DNA of 64,000 nt, taken from an uncultured Chloroflexia bacterium. Its GTDB lineage: Bacteria > Chloroflexota > Limnocylindria > Limnocylindrales > CSP1-4. The position numbers and the translations under genes were made by a program. Location of the stretch: positions 222,739 through 286,738 of the forward strand of contig CAWIML010000009.1 in assembly GCA_963837215.1 (NCBI GenBank), in the 5' to 3' direction. This document shows positions 37,649-47,058 of this stretch, in pieces. The notes under the pieces were generated by a model. It worked only from the letters and a program-made list of their open reading frames with translations, had not been told where the DNA came from and ran no database searches. Within the stretch, counting starts at the first letter, position 1. The number at the start of each line of letters is the position of its first letter.

Positions 37649-38776
37649 TCAGTCGAAGCGGTAGCCGCGCACGACCGCCTCGTCGACGTCGACGCCCAGC
37701 CCGGGGCCGGCCGGCGGGATGACCCAGCCGTCGACCTGTTCGATCGGACGTCGGACGAGCTCGTGCTGCATCGGTGATGGCAGCGGCTTGAGTTCCATGA
37801 GCAGCACGTTGTCCGATGCGGCGGCCAGGTGGAGCGAGGCCGCGGTGTTGAGCGCGCTGCTCCACGAGTGGGCGTTCCACGCCCGCCCGGCCCGACTCGC
37901 TGCGCGGATGACGTTCCAGGTGCCGGTCACGCCCTCGGCCTTGCCCGGATCGACCATCACCACATCCACCCCGCCCGAGTCGATCAGTCGATCATAGTGA
38001 TCGATCGTCCAGCCCTTCTCACCGGTGCAGATGCGGGTGGTGGCTGCGGCATGAAGAGCCTGGTACCCGGCGATGTCGTTCTCCGGCAGCGGGTCCTCGA
38101 GCCAGAACAGACCGACCTCATCGTCGAGCCGATGGGCCATGTGGATGGCATGCTCTGGGGTCCAGCCCGCGAGGGCAACGACGTCGCAGATCATCTCGAT
38201 GTCGTCGCCGATCGCGCGCCGCACCGCGTGCGCGATCGCCATGTCGCGCGCCTCGTCGCGCCCGAAGGCCCTGGCGAGATCATGGCCCCAGCCACCTTTC
38301 ACGATGGTGTAGCCCTGATCCCGGAATGCGGAGAACTCCTCGGTGATGCGCTCCGTGTCGTCGCCGTGGAAGATCGCACTGGCACACGCGCGCAGCCGAT
38401 CGTGTCGCCGGCCGCCCAACATCTCCGACAGGGACCGGCCCTCGATGCGGCCCTTGAGGTCCCACAACGCCATGTCGAGGGCTGAGATCGCGAACGTCAC
38501 GATGCCGCCATTGCCATCCCAGTAGGTCGCGTCGCGCATGCGCGTCCACAGGTCGGTCACATCCAGGGCATCCTGCCCGATGAGGAGCGGTGCCAGGCGC
38601 CGCTCCGCGATCAACCGGACGGCAAGCGACGTCTCCTGCGTGCCGCTGACCGCTTCGCCCCAGCCCACCTGCCCGTCGTCGGCCTCCACCCGCGCCAGCG
38701 TCAGCGAGCGGATCTTGCCGTCGTTGTTCGGTTCCGGGTAGCGGACCGCGAAAGCCTCGACGCGGGCGATGCTCAC
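37649..38776 (-). CDS. Enolase-superfamily dehydratase-like protein (second subtype)
   Basis: VGWGEA, ALWDLKGR, WLEDP and GEKGW blocks. Paralog of 21209..22348. GTGA overlap with the upstream VOC gene. Confidence 0.85.
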   Translation of the reverse strand: MSIARVEAFAVRYPEPNNDGKIRSLTLARVEADDGQVGWGEAVSGTQETSLAVRLIAERRLAPLLIGQDALDVTDLWTRMRDATYWDGNGGIVTFAISALDMALWDLKGRIEGRSLSEMLGGRRHDRLRACASAIFHGDDTERITEEFSAFRDQGYTIVKGGWGHDLARAFGRDEARDMAIAHAVRRAIGDDIEMICDVVALAGWTPEHAIHMAHRLDDEVGLFWLEDPLPENDIAGYQALHAAATTRICTGEKGWTIDHYDRLIDSGGVDVVMVDPGKAEGVTGTWNVIRAASRAGRAWNAHSWSSALNTAASLHLAAASDNVLLMELKPLPSPMQHELVRRPIEQVDGWVIPPAGPGLGVDVDEAVVRGYRFD

Positions 38777-39252
38777 GCCGTCCAGTCCGGACCGCCGGGC
38801 GGCTCCTCGAGCAATTCGATCGAAATGCCGTCAGGGTCCCGGAGGTAGCAAGCGCGACCACCGCGGTATGGCCCCCATGGGATGTCCACCGGAGCGTCCG
38901 AGCGGAACGTGTCGAAGCCGGCAGCCTGCAGTCGGAGGTAGTCAGCCGACATGTCGTCCGTGACGAGGCAGAGGTGGGCATTCCCGGCGTTGTACGACTC
39001 CATGTCGACGACGCCGGCCGGCGGTGACTTGTACTCCAGCAGTTCGAGGATCACACCGTTCGGAAGCTGGAAGAAGGCGCCTTCGAGGACCAGGTCGGCG
39101 TAGCCGACGATCTCGCCCACGTACGGGACATCCCAGGTCTTGCGGGTGATCATCGGGACGCCGAGCAGCGCTTCGTAGAACGCGATCGAGCGATCCAGAT
39201 CGGCGACTGCGTACCCGACATGATCGAGCGCCCGAAACCGCGGACCAGTCAT
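38773..39252 (-). CDS. VOC (glyoxalase/dioxygenase) family protein
   Basis: LDHVGYAVADLDRSIAFY... and DPDGISIELLE. ATG 39252 preferred; the track start is 39288. Confidence 0.75.
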   Translation of the reverse strand: MTGPRFRALDHVGYAVADLDRSIAFYEALLGVPMITRKTWDVPYVGEIVGYADLVLEGAFFQLPNGVILELLEYKSPPAGVVDMESYNAGNAHLCLVTDDMSADYLRLQAAGFDTFRSDAPVDIPWGPYRGGRACYLRDPDGISIELLEEPPGGPDWTA

Positions 39253-39294
39253 CACTCCAACCGTAGTGGACGATGGTTGGTCGCGCAACAGCCG

Positions 39295-40035
39295 TCAGTG
39301 GAGGGCGAGGCCGCCGGTGATGTCGAACTCCGCCCCGGTCGCGTACGTGTTCTGGTCGCTCACGAGCCAGGCGACCATCCGGCCGATCTCGGCCGGATCT
39401 GCGATCCGGCGAAGCGGGATCATCTCCCGCTCCGCCTTGGCCACCAACTCCGGCGAGGTCTCGTTGAGGAGCATGCCCGTCCTCATCCCCCCGGGACAGA
39501 CGGTGTTGACCAGGACGCCGTGTTCGGCTCCATGGCGTGCGAGCATCTTGGTGAAGACGGCCACGGCGCCCTTGGATGCCTCGTAGATGGCCGAGGTCAT
39601 GGTGAAGCCGCCTTCATAGACCCCGGTCGAGGTCACGTTGACGATCCGCCCCCAGCCACGGGAGGCCATGTCCGGAATGGCCGCCCGGGCGAGGATGAAG
39701 GGGGCAAGGGCGTTGACGTGGAAGACGCGGTCGAAGTCCGCGGGGGTGACGTCGTCGAACGCGCGACGGTGCAGGATCGCCGCCGCGTTGACCAGGGCGT
39801 CGACGCGTCCGAACGCGGCGATCGTCCGAGGGACCACCGTTTCCGCCTCGTCCGCGAGGCCGAGGTCGACGACCTGCGTCATCGCGTCCGCCCCCAGTGC
39901 GCTGACCTCGGCACGCGTGCGTTCGACCGCATCGCCCTGGTTGTCGACGAGGCTTAGCCGGTAGTCGCCTGCCTCGGTCAGCAACCGCGCGACCGCCGAC
40001 CCGAGCCCTCCACCGGCTCCGGTGATGATGGCCAC
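39295..40035 (-). CDS. SDR-family oxidoreductase
   Basis: GTG 40035 with AAGGAG 6 nt upstream. TGAGGGLG and YEASK motifs. The rest of the 554-aa track ORF is antisense to 40074..41150. Confidence 0.8.
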   Translation of the reverse strand: MAIITGAGGGLGSAVARLLTEAGDYRLSLVDNQGDAVERTRAEVSALGADAMTQVVDLGLADEAETVVPRTIAAFGRVDALVNAAAILHRRAFDDVTPADFDRVFHVNALAPFILARAAIPDMASRGWGRIVNVTSTGVYEGGFTMTSAIYEASKGAVAVFTKMLARHGAEHGVLVNTVCPGGMRTGMLLNETSPELVAKAEREMIPLRRIADPAEIGRMVAWLVSDQNTYATGAEFDITGGLALH

Positions 40036-40073
40036 GCGCCGCTCCTTATTGCCGGCGGACGGTGAACCGCTCG

Positions 40074-41150
40074 TCACGATCTCGCTCCTTCCAGGCTCGT
40101 TGCCAACCCATCCTGCGCGGCGCTTCGGTACGCGGCGTGGAGGGTCTCGACGGTGAGCTGCCCGATCCAGGCCGGCGAACCATTGATGCCCGATCCGCTG
40201 GCGAGATCGATCAAGTTCCGCGCGGGGCTTGTCATCGGGTATCGATCTTGGGGTGGCAGGACTGGCTCCTCGATCGTGCCGTCCTGGCCGTAGAGCCGCA
40301 GCGACCCGTCCATGACTCCGAAATGCAGGTGCCCGACCGAACCGTGGATGATGTATTCGAGGGTATCGGTGTGCGTCACGGGCGCGACGGCGCCAGTACT
40401 GCCGACGACCCCGAGCGCCCCGCCTCGAAAACGGATGGCAAGGGCGTCCACGACATCGACCGCCGTCCCTTGGCGGTCCATGAACGCCGTCACCCGTTCT
40501 GGTTCCAGCCCGGTCAGGAAGATCAGCAGCGCGATGGAATGGGTGAGCTGCGTCTGGCCCTGGCCGCCGCCTGCCAGGTCGGGTTCCGAGTAGGTCGTCG
40601 CCAACGGCCCGTCGAACGCCTCGCCCGCGCCGTACGCATAGACGTCGAGCTCTGGCGCTCCACGGTACAGGTTGATCGGGCTCGAGCCGAAGAAGGACTG
40701 CACATAGTGGATGGATCCGATCCGCCCATCCTCGATCCAGGCGCGGGCTCGCAGGACCTGCTGGTTGTAGTGCCACGTGTAGCCGACCACGATCTCCACG
40801 CCGGCCGCGGCAGCTGCCGCGATCAGCGCTCGGCCGTCCGCCGGCTCGAGCACGAGCGGCTTCTCCACGAGGACGTGGACGCCGCGGCCGACGGCGTCGA
40901 GGGCGATCTCGTAGTGGTAGCGGTGCGGTGCCGCGACGATGAGGGCGTCGAGTTCGCACTCCGCCAGCATCGCCGCGGGGTCGTCGAAGCAGGCTTCGAC
41001 ACCGTAGCGACGCGCGGACCGCTCGAGGTTCGGGCGATCAGGGTCGGCCAGCGCGACGAGCTCGGCGTGCGGGTGGCTCGCGACGGCGGGAAGGTGCGCC
41101 GTCCTGGCCCAGTGGCCGACGCCGGCGACACCGATCCGCACGCGATGCAT
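40074..41150 (-). CDS. Gfo/Idh/MocA-family dehydrogenase
   Basis: VRIGVAGVGHW, EKPL and GGGQGQTQLTH. Its ATG directly abuts the stop codon of the Cys-rich gene (41151), with a 0-nt spacer. Confidence 0.85.
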   Translation of the reverse strand: MHRVRIGVAGVGHWARTAHLPAVASHPHAELVALADPDRPNLERSARRYGVEACFDDPAAMLAECELDALIVAAPHRYHYEIALDAVGRGVHVLVEKPLVLEPADGRALIAAAAAAGVEIVVGYTWHYNQQVLRARAWIEDGRIGSIHYVQSFFGSSPINLYRGAPELDVYAYGAGEAFDGPLATTYSEPDLAGGGQGQTQLTHSIALLIFLTGLEPERVTAFMDRQGTAVDVVDALAIRFRGGALGVVGSTGAVAPVTHTDTLEYIIHGSVGHLHFGVMDGSLRLYGQDGTIEEPVLPPQDRYPMTSPARNLIDLASGSGINGSPAWIGQLTVETLHAAYRSAAQDGLATSLEGARS

Positions 41151-42290
41151 CTAGGCCTGCTCCTCGCCCGGCTTGCCGACGTCCGTGGGCTTCGTGCGTC
41201 CGACATCGCGGTAGTAGCGCTCTGGCACGTCGGCCGGGTCCTTGTAGACATGCCACACGCACTTCGCCTCGCGCGTGTCGGGGTAGGTCGGCGGCTCCAC
41301 GACGCGAACCGGATACCCGAACGTATCGATCGGCATGAGCTGCATCACGACACAGCAGTTGACGCAGTAGTAGCACACGCCTTTCTTGTTCCAGGCGAAG
41401 TCGTAGGCTTCCTTCGTGACCCCGTAGCCGAACGGCGACTCCATCCTCGGCGGCGAGCCCTCGATGGCATCGCCGCGCATCGAGCGTCCGCCGCTGCCAC
41501 ACGGATCAAAACGCCACGTGAAGCGCTCGGCATCCTCGGTGAACTCCATGGTGCCGTCGCGCTCCGGCCCGACCAGGTGGCCCCGCATCGCCTCGAACGC
41601 GAGGTAGACATTCGTCCAGAGCGAGTCGGACCAAGGGTTCCGGGCAACGTCGAACTTTTCGTACCGGGCGGCGAACAGCGGCCCGATGATGGCATCCCAG
41701 AATTCGCCGACGACCGGTTCGCCCCAGCGCACCACCGCCTCGTTGAGCAGCCCATAGAGATGATCGACGTCACGGTCCTGGATCTGGCGCCAGGTCTCCT
41801 TGGACTGTGCCAGAAGCGTCGATGCGCCGGCGCCGTCCTGGGCTCCGCAGGCGAGGACGGTCGCCCGGATCTCGGCCTGGAACTCGGCCCATCGGGCACG
41901 CGCCACGAACGGCCGACCGTCGGGCAGGGGGATGAGCGCGAGGAGCCGCGTGTTCAGTTCCAGGAGTTCCGGTCGCGTGAACCCGCGCTGCTCCAGGAAC
42001 GAGATCGCATCCGGGATCAGGCCACGGAAGACACCGAAGATGACCGAGGCCTCATCGACGAAGAAGTCGACGTACGCTGCCGCGCGCGACCAGTCGCCAT
42101 CGTCGATCGCATCCAGCGCCTTCCTGAACGTCGAGACGGCGGCGTCCGACCACTCGGCGTCGGACCGGATGCGCCGGCCCAAGACCTCCGAGTAGCGCAG
42201 GACGTCCCCGTCGACCATCGGCGTGCCGACTGACGGCCCGGCCGCTTCCGTCAGCAACTCCTCGATCCAACCCCCGGCGTCACCGGCCAT
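41151..42290 (-). CDS. Uncharacterised Cys-rich protein family, copy 2 (intact)
   Basis: 379 aa, GGAGGG RBS. Conserved blocks EAMRGHLVGP, RFDPCGSGGR, GDAIEG, GVCYYCVNC, GYPVRVVEPP, KCVW and GRTKP are shared with the other two copies. I cannot place it in a named family. Confidence 0.8.
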   Translation of the reverse strand: MAGDAGGWIEELLTEAAGPSVGTPMVDGDVLRYSEVLGRRIRSDAEWSDAAVSTFRKALDAIDDGDWSRAAAYVDFFVDEASVIFGVFRGLIPDAISFLEQRGFTRPELLELNTRLLALIPLPDGRPFVARARWAEFQAEIRATVLACGAQDGAGASTLLAQSKETWRQIQDRDVDHLYGLLNEAVVRWGEPVVGEFWDAIIGPLFAARYEKFDVARNPWSDSLWTNVYLAFEAMRGHLVGPERDGTMEFTEDAERFTWRFDPCGSGGRSMRGDAIEGSPPRMESPFGYGVTKEAYDFAWNKKGVCYYCVNCCVVMQLMPIDTFGYPVRVVEPPTYPDTREAKCVWHVYKDPADVPERYYRDVGRTKPTDVGKPGEEQA

Positions 42291-42318
42291 CCGTCCCTCC
42301 GCGTCCTATCGCCGGGTG

Positions 42319-43092
42319 TCAGCCCGACAGATTCCCGCCGTCGATGTTGATCGATTCGCCGCTGATCCAGCCGGCACTCTCGGAGATCAGGAACATGATC
42401 GTATCGGCCACGTCCGCCACCGTGCCCAGTCGGCGCAACGGGTAGGCGGCGGCACCGTCCTCGAGGACGCGCGCCGCGGGCTTGTCGAAGAGCCGCACCT
42501 TCTGCTCCAGCACCTTCTGGCCCATGCCGGTGTCCGCGACGGTCGATGGACAGACGGCGTTGACGGTGATGCCGAGTGGCCCCAGCTCGGCCGCCAGCGA
42601 CTCGGTCAGCCCGACGACTCCGAATTTCGAAGCGACGTAGGCAGAGATGAGTGCGTAGCCCTTCTTGCCAGCGTCCGACGCGACATTGACGATGCGCCCG
42701 CGGCCACTGTCCCGAAGGTGGGGGAGGGCAGCCTGACAGGTCAGGAACACGCCCTTGAGATTGACGTCCAGGATCCAGTCCCACTCACGCTCCGAGATCT
42801 CGCCGAGGGCCCGGAACTCGAACACGCCTGCGCTATTGACGAGGGTGTCCAGGCCCCCCAGGGCCTCCGCGGCTGCGGCGGTCCCCACCTCGACGGATGT
42901 CCGATCCGCAACGTCGATGACGATCGCTGTGGCACCCGGCAAGCGTGCGGCCGCTCGCTCGACCGCGGCCGCATCGATGTCAGCGATCGCGACCGTCGCC
43001 CCGGCCTGCGTCAGCCGTTCGGCAACGCCGAAACCAAAGCCGGATGCGCCGCCCGTGATGAGCGCTCTGCGGCCCTCCGCGATCTCGAACAT
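42319..43092 (-). CDS. SDR-family oxidoreductase (FabG-like)
   Basis: TGGASGFG and YVASK motifs. First gene of the long minus-strand operon 43092..37649. Confidence 0.85.
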   Translation of the reverse strand: MFEIAEGRRALITGGASGFGFGVAERLTQAGATVAIADIDAAAVERAAARLPGATAIVIDVADRTSVEVGTAAAAEALGGLDTLVNSAGVFEFRALGEISEREWDWILDVNLKGVFLTCQAALPHLRDSGRGRIVNVASDAGKKGYALISAYVASKFGVVGLTESLAAELGPLGITVNAVCPSTVADTGMGQKVLEQKVRLFDKPAARVLEDGAAAYPLRRLGTVADVADTIMFLISESAGWISGESINIDGGNLSG

Positions 43093-43123
43093 GCCTGGAG
43101 CCTAGCAGACCGAATCGGCCGCG

Positions 43124-43139
43124 TGGTATCGTTTCCTGA
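43124..43139. promoter_or_regulatory. LacI-type operator-like site TGGTATCGTTTCCTGA
   Basis: In the 126-nt divergent gap between the SDR (start 43092) and the SBP (start 43219). Confidence 0.55.
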
Positions 43140-43218
43140 CGGTCGCCCGCGCACCGCCCGGCCTCACGGATCCACGACTTCCAGCGCGGCATGTCAGGTC
43201 CAGCAGGAGGATCGATCG

Positions 43219-44265
43219 ATGACTCCCCGCGCGTCCCTCGCCCGCCTGGCGGCCCTCACCGTCGTGGCGGCCCTCGCGGTCGGGGCATGCAGCCCGGCCG
43301 CGAGCCCCAGCGTCTCGGCGGACGCCTCCGCACCTGCCGCGTCGGTCACACCCGAGGCTTCGTCGGCCGCATCGCAGGAGCCCGTCAGGATCGGCTACAT
43401 CTCAGGCGGTGACAGCGATCCCTTCGTCCTTCTGGTCACGCAAGGCATTCGAGAGGAGGCCGCCAAAGCCGGCGTCGAGTTGTCGGAGTGCGACAGCAAC
43501 TTCGATGCCGCGACGGCCCTCGCCTGCGCCCGGACGCTTTCGTCGCAACAGCTGTCGTCGATGATCAACTGGCAGTTCTACCCCGATTCGGCGGAGGAGA
43601 TCTGCAACGCCTACGGCGACCTTCCGACCGTCGCGATCGACACGCCGGAGGAACCCTGCCAGCAAGTGTTCGTCGGAGCGAACAACCGGGAGGCCGGGCT
43701 GATCGCCGGCAAGGGGTTGGCTGACTTTGCGTCCTCCAAGTTCGGATGCGCATACGACGCCTACATCTCCCTGGACTTCCCGGTCATCGCGGAGGTCAAT
43801 GCGGCTCGGGCGGGCGGCAGCAAGGAAGGCTTCGAGAACGTGTGCGGGCCGATCCCGGCCGACAAGTACTTCTCCGTCGACACCTTCGCGGGCGGTCCCG
43901 ATCAGAATGAGAACTCGCGCCGCCAGGTGACAGACATCCTGACCACGCTGCCCGACGCCAAGACCATCCTGGTCATCTCGCCGAACTCGGACGGGGCCGC
44001 CCTCGCGGCCCTCGCGGCAGCCGACGTCGCTGGTCGCAAGGATCAGATGTGGGTCGTTTCGCACGGCGGCGACCCGAGCGTGCGCGACTCGATCCGCAAC
44101 GAGCCGCAATGGGTCGGATCGGTCGCCTACTTCCCCGAGTCGTACGGGAAATTGGTGATCCCGCTGGCCGTGTCGCTTGCCAAGGGAGAGTCGGTGCCGG
44201 AGCAATCGCTCGTCACGCACCTCTTCATCAACAAGGCCAACATCGACCAGTACTACCCGGAGTAG
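43219..44265 (+). CDS. Sugar ABC transporter substrate-binding lipoprotein
   Basis: ATG 43219 after AGGAGG. Lipobox AVGAC. About 40% similar in layout to 59380..60492 (shared ...C.S..D...ALAC...Q..S...NW... and VAYFPE.YGK..IP blocks). Confidence 0.8.
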   Translation: MTPRASLARLAALTVVAALAVGACSPAASPSVSADASAPAASVTPEASSAASQEPVRIGYISGGDSDPFVLLVTQGIREEAAKAGVELSECDSNFDAATALACARTLSSQQLSSMINWQFYPDSAEEICNAYGDLPTVAIDTPEEPCQQVFVGANNREAGLIAGKGLADFASSKFGCAYDAYISLDFPVIAEVNAARAGGSKEGFENVCGPIPADKYFSVDTFAGGPDQNENSRRQVTDILTTLPDAKTILVISPNSDGAALAALAAADVAGRKDQMWVVSHGGDPSVRDSIRNEPQWVGSVAYFPESYGKLVIPLAVSLAKGESVPEQSLVTHLFINKANIDQYYPE

Positions 44266-44319
44266 CGAGTCGGCTGCGAGTGACCGCCGGGTGGCGAACC
44301 GCACGCTCGAGGTCATTCG

Positions 44320-45360
44320 ATGAACGCAACAGGGAATGCCCCCATCGAGGGTGAGCCCGGCAGTCGCTCGCCCTCGATCGGGCGGAAGGGCTCGGCCATC
44401 CGGAATGTGGTCCTGACACCGACGACCGCCCGGATCGCGGCGCTCATCGCAGTCTGCGTCTTCTTCTCGATCGCGAGCCGCTTCTTCCTGACGTCGAGCA
44501 ACCTGCTGAACGTGATGCAGAACACGGTCGTGGTCGGCATCATCGCCGCGCCGTTGACCCTGCTGCTGGTCGCGCGGCAGGTCGACCTTTCGGTCGGGTC
44601 CGCGGTCGCGCTGGCAGCCACGACCCTGGCTGTGGTCAACGAGGCCGGCTACGGGCTCGGCCCGGCGATCCTGGCGGCCATGGCAGCCGCGATGCTGGTT
44701 GCCATCGTCAACGCGTTCGTGATCACGAAGCTTCGGGTCAATTCGATCATCGCGACGCTGGGGACGCTTGTCGCCTTCCGGGGTCTCGCAAAGCTGGAGG
44801 GCTCAGGTCGGAATATCCGGGTCGAGGACTTCGAGCTTCTCGGGAGCACCAGGTTGGACATCCTGGGTCTCGCCGTGCCGCTCGCCGTCCTCATCCTGCT
44901 CGCGGTGCTGGCCTTCTTCTCGGTCCTCATGAGCGAGACGCGGTACGGCAGGCACATGTACGGGATGGGAGCGAACCCGAAGGCGGCTCTGCTCGCGGGG
45001 ATCAGACTCGAACGTGGTGTCGTCGTCGGGTTCCTCTTGACGGGCCTCGTCGTAGGCATCGCCTCGCTGATCGCGGTTTCCGAGATCGGTGCCGTGGCGC
45101 CGACCACGGGCCAGGGTCTCGAACTGCTGGCGATCACGGGCATCATCCTCGGGGGTGCCAGCCTGAGTGGCGGTCGCGGGACGATCCTCGGCACGATCAT
45201 CGCGATCCTCATCCTCGCCGTGCTCGACAACGGCCTGACCCTCTCGCGGGTCACCTCCTTCTGGCAGGAGGTCGTGCGAGGGACGATCCTCATCGCGGCT
45301 GTCGCGCTCGATCAGGCGCGCATCGCCCGCGGGAAGCCAGACGTGCGGTTCGAGCTGTGA
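44320..45360 (+). CDS. Sugar ABC transporter permease
   Basis: Hydrophobic multi-span protein with GGASLSGGRGT. Confidence 0.85.
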   Translation: MNATGNAPIEGEPGSRSPSIGRKGSAIRNVVLTPTTARIAALIAVCVFFSIASRFFLTSSNLLNVMQNTVVVGIIAAPLTLLLVARQVDLSVGSAVALAATTLAVVNEAGYGLGPAILAAMAAAMLVAIVNAFVITKLRVNSIIATLGTLVAFRGLAKLEGSGRNIRVEDFELLGSTRLDILGLAVPLAVLILLAVLAFFSVLMSETRYGRHMYGMGANPKAALLAGIRLERGVVVGFLLTGLVVGIASLIAVSEIGAVAPTTGQGLELLAITGIILGGASLSGGRGTILGTIIAILILAVLDNGLTLSRVTSFWQEVVRGTILIAAVALDQARIARGKPDVRFEL

Positions 45361-46134
45361 TCGACCACCCTCTCCTCTCGGTCGAACACGTCAGCAAGAG
45401 TTACGGCCATGTCGAGGCGCTCAGAGACGTCAGCTTCGACCTGCGTCGGGGCGAGGTCGTCGGGCTGGTCGGCGATAACGGCGCCGGGAAATCGACGCTC
45501 ATCAAATGTATCGCCGGCGTCCTGCGTCCCGATAGCGGCGACATCCACGTGGAGGGCACGAGACATGAGTTCGCCGCACCGGCGGAGGCACGTGCCGCCG
45601 GCATCGAGACGGTCTACCAGGACCTTGCCCTCGTGGAGATGTTCGACCTGACCGCGAACCTGTTCCTGGGTCGGGAGCTGGTGCGGTCCGGCTGGATGGG
45701 GCGGCTCGGTTTCCTGCGCAAGGGCGACATGGAGAGGCAGGCGCGCGCCGCGATCAGCCAGCTTCCGGCCCGATTTCCGGACATGGACGCGCCCATCGAC
45801 ACCATGTCCGGCGGCCAGCGCCAGATCGTGGCCATCAGCAAAGCGGCGTTCTGGGGCCGGCGCCTGTTGCTGCTCGATGAGCCGACGGCGGCCCTCGGAG
45901 TGCAGGAATTCGGCGGCTGTCCTCGAGATGGTGAACCACGCTGCCGCAGGCGGGGACATGGCGATCCTCGTGATCGCCCACAACCTCGAGCATATCTTCT
46001 CGATCTGCACGCGGGTGCTGGTCATGCGCCGGGGATCACTGGTCGCCGACCTGCCGGTCGAGGGGGCGTCGGCTGAAAACGTGGTCGCCTACATCACTGG
46101 CGCGAAGTCGCAGAGCCCTGGCGCAGCGATCTAG
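45357..46134 (+). pseudogene. ABC transporter ATP-binding protein (single domain), one +1 frameshift at about 45909-45910
   Basis: GDNGAGKST, MSGGQRQ and LLLLDEPTAALGVQE run in the frame of ORF 45357..46076. The sequence then continues as SAAVLEMVNH...ILVIAHNLEH in ORF 45877..46134. The extra base lies in the TT of GAATTC. Confidence 0.75.
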
Positions 46135-47057
46135 GCCAGGAAGGCTCGCGGGTTGTCCACCAGCAGTCGCTGGATGCCCGACTCAGGCAGTCCGCGCTCC
46201 CGGAGCCTGGGCACGAAGTCGACCAGCACGTGGGCGTATCCACCACCACCGTTGCGCGCCAGTGCGGGGCGCTTGCAGACATCGGAGGAGAGGAGGATCC
46301 GGTCCAGGTGCCCGCGGGCGACGAGGCTCATGACGCGGTCCGCCCGCTGATCATCGGTCGTCTTGTCGAGCTGTCCGATGGTGTCGAATCCGAGCCACGC
46401 CCCGCGCTCCAGGACGGCAAGGTGGTAGGCGTCGTCGGGGCATGTATCGGCGTGTCCGATCAGGATCTTGCCTGGATCGGCGCCGGCAGCTTCCAGGATC
46501 CCGAGCTGGTCCAGCCCGATCGTCGTGAACAGGGCGTGGGTCGCGATCGGCGCGCCGGTCTGCCGCTGTGCGGCGGCGGCCGCGCGCAGGACGCGGGCCT
46601 CCGTCGCGTCGATCTCGCGATGCCCGGTCGCGATCTCGCCGATGATCCCCGCCCGGATCCGATCCGGACCCACGCCATCCTCCAACTCGGTCACGAATCG
46701 CCTGGTAAGGGCGTCCTCGGTCATCGATTCGACCCAGGCCGGGCGAAACCGTCGCCAGTAGACGCCGGTGCCGGCGACGATCCTGACTCCCGTCGCCAGC
46801 GAGATCCGGCGAAGGCCGTCCCAGTCAGGGTGGAGGCCGACAGTCGTCTGGTCCACGACCGTGACCCCACCAGCCGTTCGGAACAGCGTGAGTTCCTCTG
46901 TCGCCTCCGACTCGTCCAGCAGGACGGTCGCCGAGTTCAACGACACCTCGTACATGTCGATCAGCAGGTGCTCGTGGACGAGCGTCAAGCCCAAGTCCGC
47001 GGCGGAGATCGGGCCGGTCACCGTCTCGACGGATCCCATGCGAAGTCGATCGCTCAT
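46131..47057 (-). CDS. Phosphotriesterase-family (PTE/PLL-like) hydrolase, probable lactonase
   Basis: GLTLVHEHLLID N-terminal metal motif, GEIATG and IGHAD blocks. ATG 47057 lies 1 nt after the upstream stop. Confidence 0.8.
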   Translation of the reverse strand: MSDRLRMGSVETVTGPISAADLGLTLVHEHLLIDMYEVSLNSATVLLDESEATEELTLFRTAGGVTVVDQTTVGLHPDWDGLRRISLATGVRIVAGTGVYWRRFRPAWVESMTEDALTRRFVTELEDGVGPDRIRAGIIGEIATGHREIDATEARVLRAAAAAQRQTGAPIATHALFTTIGLDQLGILEAAGADPGKILIGHADTCPDDAYHLAVLERGAWLGFDTIGQLDKTTDDQRADRVMSLVARGHLDRILLSSDVCKRPALARNGGGGYAHVLVDFVPRLRERGLPESGIQRLLVDNPRAFLA

Positions 47058-47058
47058 C

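Noticed and set aside
45906-45911. EcoRI site GAATTC exactly at a frameshift, as a possible cloning junction or chimera
   Set aside because: The protein sequence continues collinearly on both sides within one ABC ATPase, so there is no junction of unrelated DNA. A single extra T explains it.
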